From an uncultured Gammaproteobacteria bacterium (lineage in GTDB: Bacteria > Patescibacteriota > Patescibacteriia > Magasanikbacterales > GWA2-37-8), in NCBI GenBank assembly GCA_964496095.1, contig CAZBWU010000001.1, positions 121,474-185,473 on the forward strand: 64,000 nucleotides of DNA, given 5' to 3'. Made by a program: the position numbers and the translations under genes. Below, piece after piece: positions 19,174 to 27,851 of this stretch. Each line of letters opens with the position of its first letter. Position 1 is the stretch's first letter. The notes beneath the pieces were generated by a model that made no database searches, was not told where the DNA came from, and saw nothing but the letters and a program-made list of their open reading frames with translations.

Positions 19174-20448
19174 ATGTGGGAAAAAATACAGCAAATTTGG
19201 AAGATTAAAGATATTAGAAATAAGATCTTGTTTGTGGTTGGTATGCTCGTAGTTTTTAGATTGGTTGCTCATATCCCAGTGCCGGGTGTAAATATCGCAA
19301 ACTTACGTCAATTTTTAGCAGGTAACCAAATCTTTGGTTTGTTAGATGTTTTCTCTGGTGGTACCATGAAAAACTTTTCTATTGTCATGTTAGGTGTTGG
19401 CCCTTATATCACTTCTTCTATTATTTTCCAATTACTTACGATGATTTCTCCAAAGTTGGAAGAACTTTCTAAAGAAGGGGAAGCTGGACAACAAAAAATT
19501 AACATGTACACCAGATTGCTTACTGTGCCTTTGGCCTTTTTGCAATCTTATGCCATGATCAAAGTGCTTAACCGCTCTTCTTTGCCGATCATTACAGATT
19601 TGAGCTTTTTCCGTTTGGTCACAATTATGATGACCATTACCGCCGGTACTATGTTTTTGATGTGGATTGGCGAGCTTATTTCTGAGAAGAAAATTGGTAA
19701 TGGTGTATCATTTCTCATCTTTGCGGGTATCGTTTCCGGTTTTCCAGGCGCGATTCGTAATTTTTCTATCAACTATAACTCAGCTGATTTTTATACTTTG
19801 ATTTTGTTTGGTGCTATTGCTATCCTCACTGTGGTTGGCGTGGTATTTATCAATGAAGGTCAACGCAATATCCCTGTCAGTTATGCCAAGCAAGTGCGTG
19901 GTAATAATATGTATGGTGGTAATAGTTCTCACTTGCCACTACGCGTCAACATGTCTGGCGTGATTCCAATTATCTTTGCAATTTCCTTGGTTTTGTTCCC
20001 ATCTCTAATTGCTCAGTTTTTTGTCCAAGCCCAAACTGCTTGGTTGGCTAATTTGGCTGCCGGCACAATTAGATTATTCCAGAATCAATTATTCTACGGT
20101 ATTATCTATTTCTTGTTAGTATTTGGTTTTACCTATTTCTATACCGCTATTATCTTCCATCCGCAAAAAATGGCTGAGAATTTACAAAAACAAGGCGGGT
20201 TTATTCCTGGTATTCGTCCTGGCACAGAAACAGAAAAGTATTTGGGTCAGACCATGAACAGAATCAATCTTACCGGTGCTTTATTCCTTGGTGTGATTGC
20301 TATTTTGCCACTCTTGGCTCAATATTTTATGGGTACTCAAAATTTGGCTTTAGGTGGTACAAGTTTACTAATCGTAGTATCAGTCGCTATTGAAATTTCA
20401 AAACAAATCAGCGCTCAACTTACAATGCATGCTTACGATAATGTTTAA
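19174..20448 (+). CDS. secY: Preprotein translocase SecY
   Basis: 10 TM helices; LGVGPYITSSIIFQLL signature. Confidence 0.97.
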   Translation: MWEKIQQIWKIKDIRNKILFVVGMLVVFRLVAHIPVPGVNIANLRQFLAGNQIFGLLDVFSGGTMKNFSIVMLGVGPYITSSIIFQLLTMISPKLEELSKEGEAGQQKINMYTRLLTVPLAFLQSYAMIKVLNRSSLPIITDLSFFRLVTIMMTITAGTMFLMWIGELISEKKIGNGVSFLIFAGIVSGFPGAIRNFSINYNSADFYTLILFGAIAILTVVGVVFINEGQRNIPVSYAKQVRGNNMYGGNSSHLPLRVNMSGVIPIIFAISLVLFPSLIAQFFVQAQTAWLANLAAGTIRLFQNQLFYGIIYFLLVFGFTYFYTAIIFHPQKMAENLQKQGGFIPGIRPGTETEKYLGQTMNRINLTGALFLGVIAILPLLAQYFMGTQNLALGGTSLLIVVSVAIEISKQISAQLTMHAYDNV

Positions 20449-20544
20449 AGAATAGTTATAGGTGTAGGGTTGAAAATAAACAGATAAAATGATAAACTGA
20501 AAGGGCTGATGAAGCCTTTTTTGTTTAGATTATTCCTATTTTGT

Positions 20545-21201
20545 ATGAATAAAATTATTATCATGATGGGCCCGCCAGGATCTGGTAAGGGGACACAGGC
20601 CAAAAAAATTGCCCAAAAGTACGATTATTTGCATCTCTCCACCGGAGACTTGCTTCGCGCTTTGGCCAATAAAACAGATCTAAATGCCGATGAGGCCGAG
20701 GCGTTAGAGCAAATCAAAGTCGGTACTTTGGTTTCAGACAATCTGATTTTTAAATTGGTGTTTGGTAAAATAGAAAGCGAAATTAATTCTGGACGAGGAG
20801 TAGTGCTTGATGGCGCTATTCGTACTCTCAACCAAGCCAAAGAATATCAGAATTTTTTTACAGAGAAGAATTGGTTGGATGAAATTTTGGTTTTAGAAAT
20901 CGCGCTCAGTGATGAAGAGTCTTTGAATAGATTGGCTAGTCGTCGGGTTTGTAGTAGGTGTGGAGAAATTATTCCCGCCAGTGCCCACCTAGTTGGCTCA
21001 GCTTGTCCAAAATGCAAGGGTGAATTGATGGTAAGAGAAGACGATGATGTAGAGATTGTAAAGCAACGCATTGTAAAGCAAGGCAACAAAGCGATGGAGC
21101 CAATTATAAATTTTTATAAAGAACTTGGAATTTTAAAAACTGTTGATGGTAGTCAAACGATTGAGAATGTGGAAAATGATATTGCTAACATTTTAATTTA
21201 G
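20545..21201 (+). CDS. adk: Adenylate kinase (zinc-binding lid)
   Basis: GPPGSGKGTQA P-loop; lid CSRCGE...CPKCKGE; ORF-track start at 20509 includes a weak hairpin and is unlikely. Confidence 0.93.
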   Translation: MNKIIIMMGPPGSGKGTQAKKIAQKYDYLHLSTGDLLRALANKTDLNADEAEALEQIKVGTLVSDNLIFKLVFGKIESEINSGRGVVLDGAIRTLNQAKEYQNFFTEKNWLDEILVLEIALSDEESLNRLASRRVCSRCGEIIPASAHLVGSACPKCKGELMVREDDDVEIVKQRIVKQGNKAMEPIINFYKELGILKTVDGSQTIENVENDIANILI

Positions 21202-21204
21202 TTT

Positions 21205-22023
21205 ATGTTAATCAAAACCCCTGAAGAAATAAAATTACTCAAAGAAAACGGAGAGCTCATCGGGCAAATTTTGGAAGATTTGGCCAAGATGTGTAAACCC
21301 GGCGTAACTCCATTTGAGATAGACCAAGAAGCCGAAAAAAGAATTATTGCCGTTGGAGGCAAGCCGGCTTTTAAAGGGTATAAAACTAGAGTGGCTGATA
21401 TTCCTTTTCCAGCTACTATTTGTGCTTCTAGAAATGAAGAACTTGTGCATGGGATTCCTACCAAAGTTCCTTTGAAAGATGGAGATATTTTTACGATTGA
21501 TATTGGGATGGAATATCCAGCTCCAGGTAAAGGAGCAAAAGGAAAGGGTTTAAATAGAGGGTTTTTTTCAGACACAGCTCTTACTATTCCCATTGGTAAG
21601 ATTTCACCAAAAAACAGAGAGCTTATCCGTGTTACTCAGGAGTCTCTAGAGGCTGGAATTCGGGCTGTGAAGCCTGGTAATTCCGTAGCTGATATTGGTA
21701 AGGCTGTGGAAGATTATGTGAAGTCTCAGGGCAAATATGGCATTGTGCGTGATTTGGTTGGCCATGGGGTGGGGCATGAAGTGCATGAAGAGCCGAGAAT
21801 TCCAAATTATTATGATCGTAACTTGGATTATATAATTTTGAAACCTGGCATGGTGATAGCGGTGGAACCAATGTTGTCTTTGGGTGGGTGGAGAGTAGTG
21901 ACAGCTGACGATGGTTGGACAATCAATATGGCTGATGGGTCCATGAGTGCTCATTTTGAACATACAATTATTATTACCAAAAGTGGAAATATTGTGGCTA
22001 CCAGAAGACCAAGTGAAAAATAG
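21205..22023 (+). CDS. map: Methionine aminopeptidase type I
   Basis: pita-bread fold motifs GHGVGHEVHEEP, EPML. Confidence 0.95.
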   Translation: MLIKTPEEIKLLKENGELIGQILEDLAKMCKPGVTPFEIDQEAEKRIIAVGGKPAFKGYKTRVADIPFPATICASRNEELVHGIPTKVPLKDGDIFTIDIGMEYPAPGKGAKGKGLNRGFFSDTALTIPIGKISPKNRELIRVTQESLEAGIRAVKPGNSVADIGKAVEDYVKSQGKYGIVRDLVGHGVGHEVHEEPRIPNYYDRNLDYIILKPGMVIAVEPMLSLGGWRVVTADDGWTINMADGSMSAHFEHTIIITKSGNIVATRRPSEK

Positions 22024-22025
22024 AT

Positions 22026-22133
22026 TATCCTAAAATCTTAATGATTATTTTTCGCTTTCCTCGCCGCGAGGCTCAGGGATGGTCGCCTCGGGCGACCATA
22101 ACCCGCTTAAAAATAATCATTAAGATTAAAATA
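22026..22133. repeat. Nested-hairpin palindromic element (18-bp AT-rich outer stem TAATGATTATTTTTCGC/GCTTAAAAATAATCATTA, inner GC hairpins CCTCGCcgCGAGG and GGTCGCCtcGGGCGACC)
   Basis: Read directly; replaces the usual infA-rpmJ-rpsM-rpsK-rpoA continuation. Confidence 0.55.
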
Positions 22134-22137
22134 CTGT

Positions 22138-22557
22138 ATGAATTTTCTGGCAATTGATTATGGCACAAAAAATATTGGCCTAGCTCGGGCTAGTAGTAAT
22201 ATAGATTTGGTGTTGCCTTTTGGTAGTGTAGAAAATTCTGATCATCAAATAGCTATTAAAAAATTAGTAGAAATTATAACATCAGAAAAAATAGATAAAG
22301 TTATAGTTGGTTTACCGGCAGGTCTAGATGGAAGTGAAAATAAAAATACAATTAAGGTACGGGCTTTTGTTAAAGATTTAGAAAAAGAAATTGCCGTCAA
22401 AATTGAATTTATGACTGAGGTTTTTTCTTCGCAAGCTGGTGATAGAATGGGCACGGGAGTAAGCCGTGATGAGAAAGCCGCAATGGTAATTTTAGAAGGT
22501 TATTTATCCACCGCCGGCGGGCGGGGTGCCGCCTCGGGGCGGCAAAAAACTCAATAA
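22138..22557 (+). CDS. ruvX: Holliday-junction resolvase-like nuclease RuvX/YqgF
   Basis: LAIDYGTKNIGLA, KIDKVIVGLP motifs. Confidence 0.85.
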   Translation: MNFLAIDYGTKNIGLARASSNIDLVLPFGSVENSDHQIAIKKLVEIITSEKIDKVIVGLPAGLDGSENKNTIKVRAFVKDLEKEIAVKIEFMTEVFSSQAGDRMGTGVSRDEKAAMVILEGYLSTAGGRGAASGRQKTQ

Positions 22558-22567
22558 TTTAAATTGT

Positions 22568-23776
22568 ATGTTATTTTTTAGTACTATTTTGGGAGGTGAT
22601 ATTAAAGATCAGGCCGATGTCGTAGTGGGTAAGGTGGAAGATGTGGTAATAAAAATAACTGAAAGCGGTTTTCCGCGTGTTTTTGGGGTAATGATTACAG
22701 ATAAACAAAAGAACAAAAAAATGATTCCGGTTGTCCATATTGAGACTTTTGGTAAGGATTATCTAACTTTAAAAAATACTTTAGAAGAATTGGTTTTATC
22801 TGTGCCAGAGGATAAAAATTTAGTGCCATTAAGAGAGGTGGTTTTAGATAGGCAGATTGTTGATATGGCTGGTATCCGTGTAGTGCGAGTAAATGATTTG
22901 CAGTTTGGCATGGTACAAGGTCAGATGTCTTTGGTGGCTTTAGATATCGGTAAATTGGGATTACTCAGACGCCTTGGTTTGGGCGGTTTAAACTTTTTAA
23001 ATTTTTTACAGCCAGAATTATTGGAGTGGAAAAATGTGCGTCTGTTGGGGGATAAGCTCCAGCTATCTATGAACAGTAAAGAGATGATCAAACTTCATCC
23101 CGCCGACATTGCTAATATTATTGAAAAATTAAATTTGAACCAAGGTAGTGAATTGCTCCAATCTTTGGATAAAAAAACGGCAGCGCAAGTATTGGAAGAG
23201 TTAGAACCGGAATTACAAAAGATTTTGGTGCAAAATTTGGGAGCCGACCGCGCGGCTAGTGTTATGCAAAAAATGTCTATTGATGAGTTAGTAGATCTTT
23301 TGCAGATGCTTCCGGATTATAAATCAAAAGAAATCATGCAAAGTTTGCCGTCTGATAGTACGCAAAAAGTAAAAAACATTTTAGAATTTGATGAAAATAC
23401 TGGCGGTGGACTTATGACAACAGAATATGTTTCTGCTTTCCTTGGCAATACAGTCAAAGAAGTAGTAGAAAAAATAAAAAATTCTTACCAACTACATAGT
23501 AGTGTCTATTTTGTGTACATTACTGATGAAGAAGGGATTTTTAAAGGAGTAGTATCGGTAAGAAAATTATTGGTTGCCGAATCTGTTCAGACTATGAAAG
23601 AATTGGTTAGTGGGGAAAACAAAGCAACAGCAACGCCGGATCAAGATATTTTGGAAATCGCCGCTTTGATGACAAAGTATAATCTGACATCGATAGCGGT
23701 TTTGGATGAGAATAAAAAAATGTTAGGGGTAATTACTGTTGATGATGTGATGAGGCACTTTGTGCCCAATGCATAA
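22568..23776 (+). CDS. Soluble MgtE-N-terminal domain + CBS-pair protein (Mg2+-sensing module without membrane domain)
   Basis: Acidic helical MgtE-N-like region (ELEPELQKILVQNLGADRAASVMQKMSIDELVDLLQMLP) followed by two CBS motifs; ends before any TM segment. Confidence 0.7.
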   Translation: MLFFSTILGGDIKDQADVVVGKVEDVVIKITESGFPRVFGVMITDKQKNKKMIPVVHIETFGKDYLTLKNTLEELVLSVPEDKNLVPLREVVLDRQIVDMAGIRVVRVNDLQFGMVQGQMSLVALDIGKLGLLRRLGLGGLNFLNFLQPELLEWKNVRLLGDKLQLSMNSKEMIKLHPADIANIIEKLNLNQGSELLQSLDKKTAAQVLEELEPELQKILVQNLGADRAASVMQKMSIDELVDLLQMLPDYKSKEIMQSLPSDSTQKVKNILEFDENTGGGLMTTEYVSAFLGNTVKEVVEKIKNSYQLHSSVYFVYITDEEGIFKGVVSVRKLLVAESVQTMKELVSGENKATATPDQDILEIAALMTKYNLTSIAVLDENKKMLGVITVDDVMRHFVPNA

Positions 23777-23778
23777 CT

Positions 23779-23878
23779 TGTATTTGTTCTGGTAAAATTT
23801 TTGTGGTAGCCAGACTTATCCCGACAAAGTCGGGATTGCCCCTGTGGGGGTGCGATGGCTACAACAAAAATTTTACCA
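23779..23878. repeat. Nested-hairpin palindromic element (outer stem TTCTGGTAAAATTTTTGTGGTAGCC/GGCTACAACAAAAATTTTACCAGAA; inner ATCCCGACaaaGTCGGGAT and CCCCtgtGGGGG)
   Basis: Read directly; lies between the MgtE-N/CBS gene and the NRAMP gene. Confidence 0.55.
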
Positions 23879-23901
23879 GAACATGGTTTGAATTTTTAAT
23901 T

Positions 23902-25140
23902 ATGTTAGTAAAATCAAAGCATTTTTGGCCAAAGCTAATTTTCTTTTTTAGTGTAATTGGCCCTGGAATTATTGCTGCTAACGCAGACAATGACGCAGGC
24001 GGAATAACCACCTATTCTTTGGTGGGCGCTGATTTTGGCATGAAGATGCTATGGGTTTTATTTTTGATTACTTTTTCTTTAGCTATTACCCAGGAGATGG
24101 GTGTGCGTATTGGGTTGGTCACTCGCCAAGGTTTGGGCGGTGTTATTCGTGAAAATTTTGGTTTAAGATGGACCGCATTTGCGATGCTAGCCATGCTTGT
24201 TGCAAACCTCGGTACAATTACAGCTGAGTTTGCGGGTATTGCCTCATCTTTTGAAATATTTGATATTAGTAAGTATCTATCCGTGCCAATCGCGGCTTTA
24301 GTGGTGTGGCTTATTTTATTTAAGGGTTCTTTTAAGACAGCGCAAAAAGTCTTTTTAATTTTTTCGGCTTTTTATATTGTTTATATTATTAACGGTTTCA
24401 TTGTTCGTCCAGATTTTGGTCAGGCATTCAAAAGTTTGATTCATCCAACAATGGAATTTTCCAGTCCATTTTTGTTGGCCATGATAGCGCTTATTGGGAC
24501 GACTATTACTCCTTGGGGTCAGTTTTTTATTCAGTCATATGTGGTGGACAAAGGGCTTGATCTAAAACATTACAAGATAGAAAAGGCGGAAGTTTTTTTG
24601 GGTGCTTTTATTACCAATATTGTTAGTTTTTTTATTATCATCAGTACGGCTACCATCTTCTTTAATCATGGGCTAAAAATTTCTGATGCCAAAGACGCGG
24701 CTATGGGACTAGCACCAATCGCGGGTCATTTTGCGCAAGGCTTATTTGCTTTCGGATTGTTTAGTGCTTCTATGCTTGGCGCTTTTATTTTGCCGGTTGC
24801 GACTGCCTATGCTGTTTGTGAAGCGTTTGGTTGGGAGTATGGTTTTAATACTAACTGGCAAACTGGGAAGATTTTTTATAGTATAATTTTGATTTCAATT
24901 TTCTTGCCGGCATTACTAGTTTTAATACCAGGATTATCATTGTTAAAAATTATGATTTTGTCTCAGGATGTAAACGGCATTTTGTTGCCATTTATTTTAA
25001 TCTTTGTGATGAAAATAATTAATAATAAAAAAATAATGGGTGAACATGTTAATCATCGGGTAGGCAATACGGTCGCTTGGCTGACAATTGCGGGTATCAT
25101 TTTGGCCACAGTTGTTTTGGTGGCTTCAACTTTTATATAA
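23902..25140 (+). CDS. NRAMP-family divalent cation transporter (MntH/NRMT-like)
   Basis: 11-12 TM helices; NRAMP signature GPGIIAANADNDAGG in TM1. Confidence 0.75.
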   Translation: MLVKSKHFWPKLIFFFSVIGPGIIAANADNDAGGITTYSLVGADFGMKMLWVLFLITFSLAITQEMGVRIGLVTRQGLGGVIRENFGLRWTAFAMLAMLVANLGTITAEFAGIASSFEIFDISKYLSVPIAALVVWLILFKGSFKTAQKVFLIFSAFYIVYIINGFIVRPDFGQAFKSLIHPTMEFSSPFLLAMIALIGTTITPWGQFFIQSYVVDKGLDLKHYKIEKAEVFLGAFITNIVSFFIIISTATIFFNHGLKISDAKDAAMGLAPIAGHFAQGLFAFGLFSASMLGAFILPVATAYAVCEAFGWEYGFNTNWQTGKIFYSIILISIFLPALLVLIPGLSLLKIMILSQDVNGILLPFILIFVMKIINNKKIMGEHVNHRVGNTVAWLTIAGIILATVVLVASTFI

Positions 25141-25144
25141 AATT

Positions 25145-25750
25145 ATGTTGGCGATAGTTTTGGCTAGAAAAAATATTCGTGAATTTGACCAGACCGTTTC
25201 TTTATATACGCATGAAGTCGGTAAGGTAGAAGTTTTAGCCAAGGGTATTAAAAAAATTGTCAGTAAAAACTCTTCAAATTTGGAAGTTTTGTCGGTAGTG
25301 GATGTGGAGATTATTCAAGGTAAAGACATTGATTATTTAGGTAGAGTCCAGCCTATAAAAATTTTTAAAAATATTTATTCTGACTTAGATAGGATTTCCT
25401 TGGCAGCGTATGTGGTTAAAATTACCGATATCAATATTTTGGTAGGGGAGAAGGATGAAGATGTTTTTAAGCTAATTTTTAGCTTTTTAGAGTTTTTAGA
25501 TTCTAGTGAGTTAGTTCGATCTTCTCAGTTGGCCACTTCTTTTATCTTTAAGCTTTGGCATTGCCTGGGTTTTAGTGAGTCAGAAACCACATCCGATAGA
25601 TGGGTAGAGAAGAGTTGGGAGTCTGTTAATAGTCTGGATTTGAGCAGGGCAGAGATTGTTCAGAGTTATGATCTCGCTCATAAGTTTGCCCAGCGCCATA
25701 TTGGTGTAAAACTTGCCAAATTCATAGAAAATGATAGGATTACAGTGTAA
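25145..25750 (+). CDS. recO: DNA repair protein RecO (short form)
   Basis: N-terminal OB-fold pattern resembling RecO; weak. Confidence 0.5.
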   Translation: MLAIVLARKNIREFDQTVSLYTHEVGKVEVLAKGIKKIVSKNSSNLEVLSVVDVEIIQGKDIDYLGRVQPIKIFKNIYSDLDRISLAAYVVKITDINILVGEKDEDVFKLIFSFLEFLDSSELVRSSQLATSFIFKLWHCLGFSESETTSDRWVEKSWESVNSLDLSRAEIVQSYDLAHKFAQRHIGVKLAKFIENDRITV

Positions 25751-25768
25751 TTTTCTTATATTATAAAT

Positions 25769-27064
25769 ATGAAACAAGCGTTTATCAAAGACCTGGCAGG
25801 ACTAGTTGATCAAGAAGTAGAAATCAAAGGTTGGCTATACAACCGCCGTTCTTCAGGGCCGATTGCTTTTTTGGAATTACGTGATGGTTCTGGTTGGATT
25901 CAGGCAGTGGCAGTCAAAGCTGATTTGGATCTGGCGATTTGGGAAGAAATAGAAAAATCTACCCAAGAGTCTTCTGTGTTAGTAGTTGGTAACATTGCTA
26001 AGCATCCAAAAAAAGAAAATGTTTTTGAATTGCAAGTTAAAGATTTTAAAATTTTACAATTATCTCAAGAATATCCAATCGCGCTCAAAGATCATGGACC
26101 AGATTTTTTGATGGATAATCGTCATTTGTGGTTACGTAGTAAAAGGCAGTGGGCAATTTTACGCATACGCGATGCGGTCAAAACTGCTATTCATCAATAT
26201 TTACACCAAGAGAATTTTATCAGTGTTGATTCTCCGGTATTTACGCCTAACGCTTGTGAAGGTACTACGACACTTTTTCCTGTGCCTTATTTTGATTTAG
26301 GCGAAGCGTATCTTTCTCAGTCAGGACAGCTTTATATAGAAGCAGCGATTGCCTCAGTTGGTAAGTGTTATGATTTTGGGCCAGTGTTTCGCGCGGAGAA
26401 AAGCAAAACCAAACGTCACCTGACCGAATTTTGGATGATGGATGCGGAAGCAGCTTTTGCAGAGCATGAAGACAATATCAAGACCCAAGAAGGTTTACTT
26501 CGTTTTATTATTCGTCACTGTCTCAATAATTGCCAAGAAGAATTAAAAGTTTTAGAAAGAAATACTGAGCCCCTTGAAAAAGCTGACCAGCCATTTACTC
26601 GTTATACCTATGACCAAGCTATAAAAAAATTAAACGAGATGGGTTCAGATATTAAGTACGGCGAAGATTTGGGTAATGATGATGAAGGATTGCTTACCAA
26701 AGATTCAGCCGTGCCGGTCTTTATCGAAAAATGGCCAAAGAGTATCAAGCCATTCTACATGAAGCAAGACCCTGAAAATCCAGATTTGGTTTTGAATGAT
26801 GATTTGATTGCGACTGAAGGCGCAGGTGAAATTAGCGGTGGTAGTCAGCGTGAAGATAATTTTGAATTGTTGCTAGCAAAAATAAAAGCTGAAGGTTTGC
26901 CTCAGGCAGATTATGATTGGTATTTGGATCTGCGGAAATATGGCAGTGTACCACATTCTGGTTTTGGTATTGGTTTAGAGCGTATTGTGCGTTGGATTAC
27001 CGGCGTAGAGCATATCCGTGAGTGTATTCCTTTCCCTCGAACTATTAGTCGGTTGAGACCATAA
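25769..27064 (+). CDS. asnS: Asparaginyl-tRNA synthetase (class IIb; AspRS-type not excluded)
   Basis: Class II motifs FRAEKSKTKRHLTEFWMMDAE, GGSQRE, GFGIGLERIV. Confidence 0.75.
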   Translation: MKQAFIKDLAGLVDQEVEIKGWLYNRRSSGPIAFLELRDGSGWIQAVAVKADLDLAIWEEIEKSTQESSVLVVGNIAKHPKKENVFELQVKDFKILQLSQEYPIALKDHGPDFLMDNRHLWLRSKRQWAILRIRDAVKTAIHQYLHQENFISVDSPVFTPNACEGTTTLFPVPYFDLGEAYLSQSGQLYIEAAIASVGKCYDFGPVFRAEKSKTKRHLTEFWMMDAEAAFAEHEDNIKTQEGLLRFIIRHCLNNCQEELKVLERNTEPLEKADQPFTRYTYDQAIKKLNEMGSDIKYGEDLGNDDEGLLTKDSAVPVFIEKWPKSIKPFYMKQDPENPDLVLNDDLIATEGAGEISGGSQREDNFELLLAKIKAEGLPQADYDWYLDLRKYGSVPHSGFGIGLERIVRWITGVEHIRECIPFPRTISRLRP

Positions 27065-27156
27065 AATTAATTTATTTGCTATAAATATAGGGGTTTTTGT
27101 TCTTCATTAATATTGACAAAAACCCCTTATTAAACTATAATCTTACATAAGTATTA

Positions 27157-27238
27157 GCCGAAGTGGCGGAATTGGTAGACGCACACGACTCAAAATCGTG
27201 CGGAGAAATCCATGAGAGTTCGATTCTCTCCTTCGGCA
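27157..27238 (+). tRNA. tRNA-Leu (anticodon CAA), long variable arm, CCA not encoded
   Basis: Acceptor GCCGAAG/CTTCGGC, anticodon stem CACGA/TCGTG, loop CTCAAAA, T-arm GAGAGTTCGATTCTCTC. Confidence 0.9.
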
Positions 27239-27325
27239 CATTAAAAATTTGACATGAGTATGGCTACATGATACAGTTTTAATAGTATGATAATGACTGT
27301 CCAACAAAACTTTGCTTACTATTTT

Positions 27326-27400
27326 AGACGCTCTGGCTAGGGACGTGTTATTTTGTTAGTGCAAACAATAACGTCGCTCTAGCCAGAGCGTCTTTTTTTA
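27326..27400 (+). terminator. Long hairpin terminator (15-bp stem AGACGCTCTGGCTAG/CTAGCCAGAGCGTCT + T7)
   Basis: Read directly; preceded by TTGACA-N18-TACAGT near 27250. Confidence 0.65.
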
Positions 27401-27426
27401 TTTTACACAGTTTGTTCTTTACAAAA

Positions 27427-27770
27427 GGTCAGGGCGGTCGCCGGCAAGAGTAGAAAAAGTTTTTCTTTTCTTGCTGGCGACCTCCCTGCCAATGAGTGGG
27501 AGGAGAAAGGGTGGGGCATATGCCCTCCGTTGATCCGACTGTCACTCCTCCGATTGCTGAGCAGCCGGAGGGGCCTACTCCCTCCACGTCTGCTTCTAGT
27601 CCTTCTGGCAGCGACCCCCAGAGAGAGGCTGTGTCTTCGCCTCCGCAAGCTGACAAGCTCGCGGGCGGTAACTGGGGCAAGAAGCCTAGCCTAGGTTGGT
27701 AGAGATGACCAGGCAGGCGCGAGGGCCGCCCTGACCGAGATTCGGTTGGGGCGGCCGCTTTTATTTTAAA
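27427..27770. other. GC-rich (~62%) island bounded by 11-bp inverted repeats GGTCAGGGCGG/CCGCCCTGACC, with terminal GC hairpin + T-run; contains a 60-codon Pro/Ser-rich ORF with Shine-Dalgarno
   Basis: Composition shift versus AT-rich flanks; inverted repeats at 27427-27437 and 27727-27737. Confidence 0.5.
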
Positions 27771-27851
27771 TCTGTCAGAGTATAAGTTTTTTTATATTGT
27801 TATCTTATAGTATAGTATTCCAACGTAATTTTAGAATTTGGGATTTAGTAT

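Noticed and set aside
22526-22567. N-terminal extensions in the ORF track (22526, 23803, 25088, 20509, 39303, 42888, 55540)
   Set aside because: The extensions read through upstream palindromic elements, terminators or the leader RNA. Internal ATGs give canonical N-termini (a signal peptide, a P-loop near the N-terminus) and are preferred.
27403-27702. ORFs 27403-27648 (minus strand), 27429-27680 (minus strand) and 27496-27702 (plus strand) in GC island (a)
   Set aside because: Low-complexity Arg- or Pro-rich translations typical of GC-rich non-coding DNA. Only noted as a possible 60-codon ORF inside the island feature.
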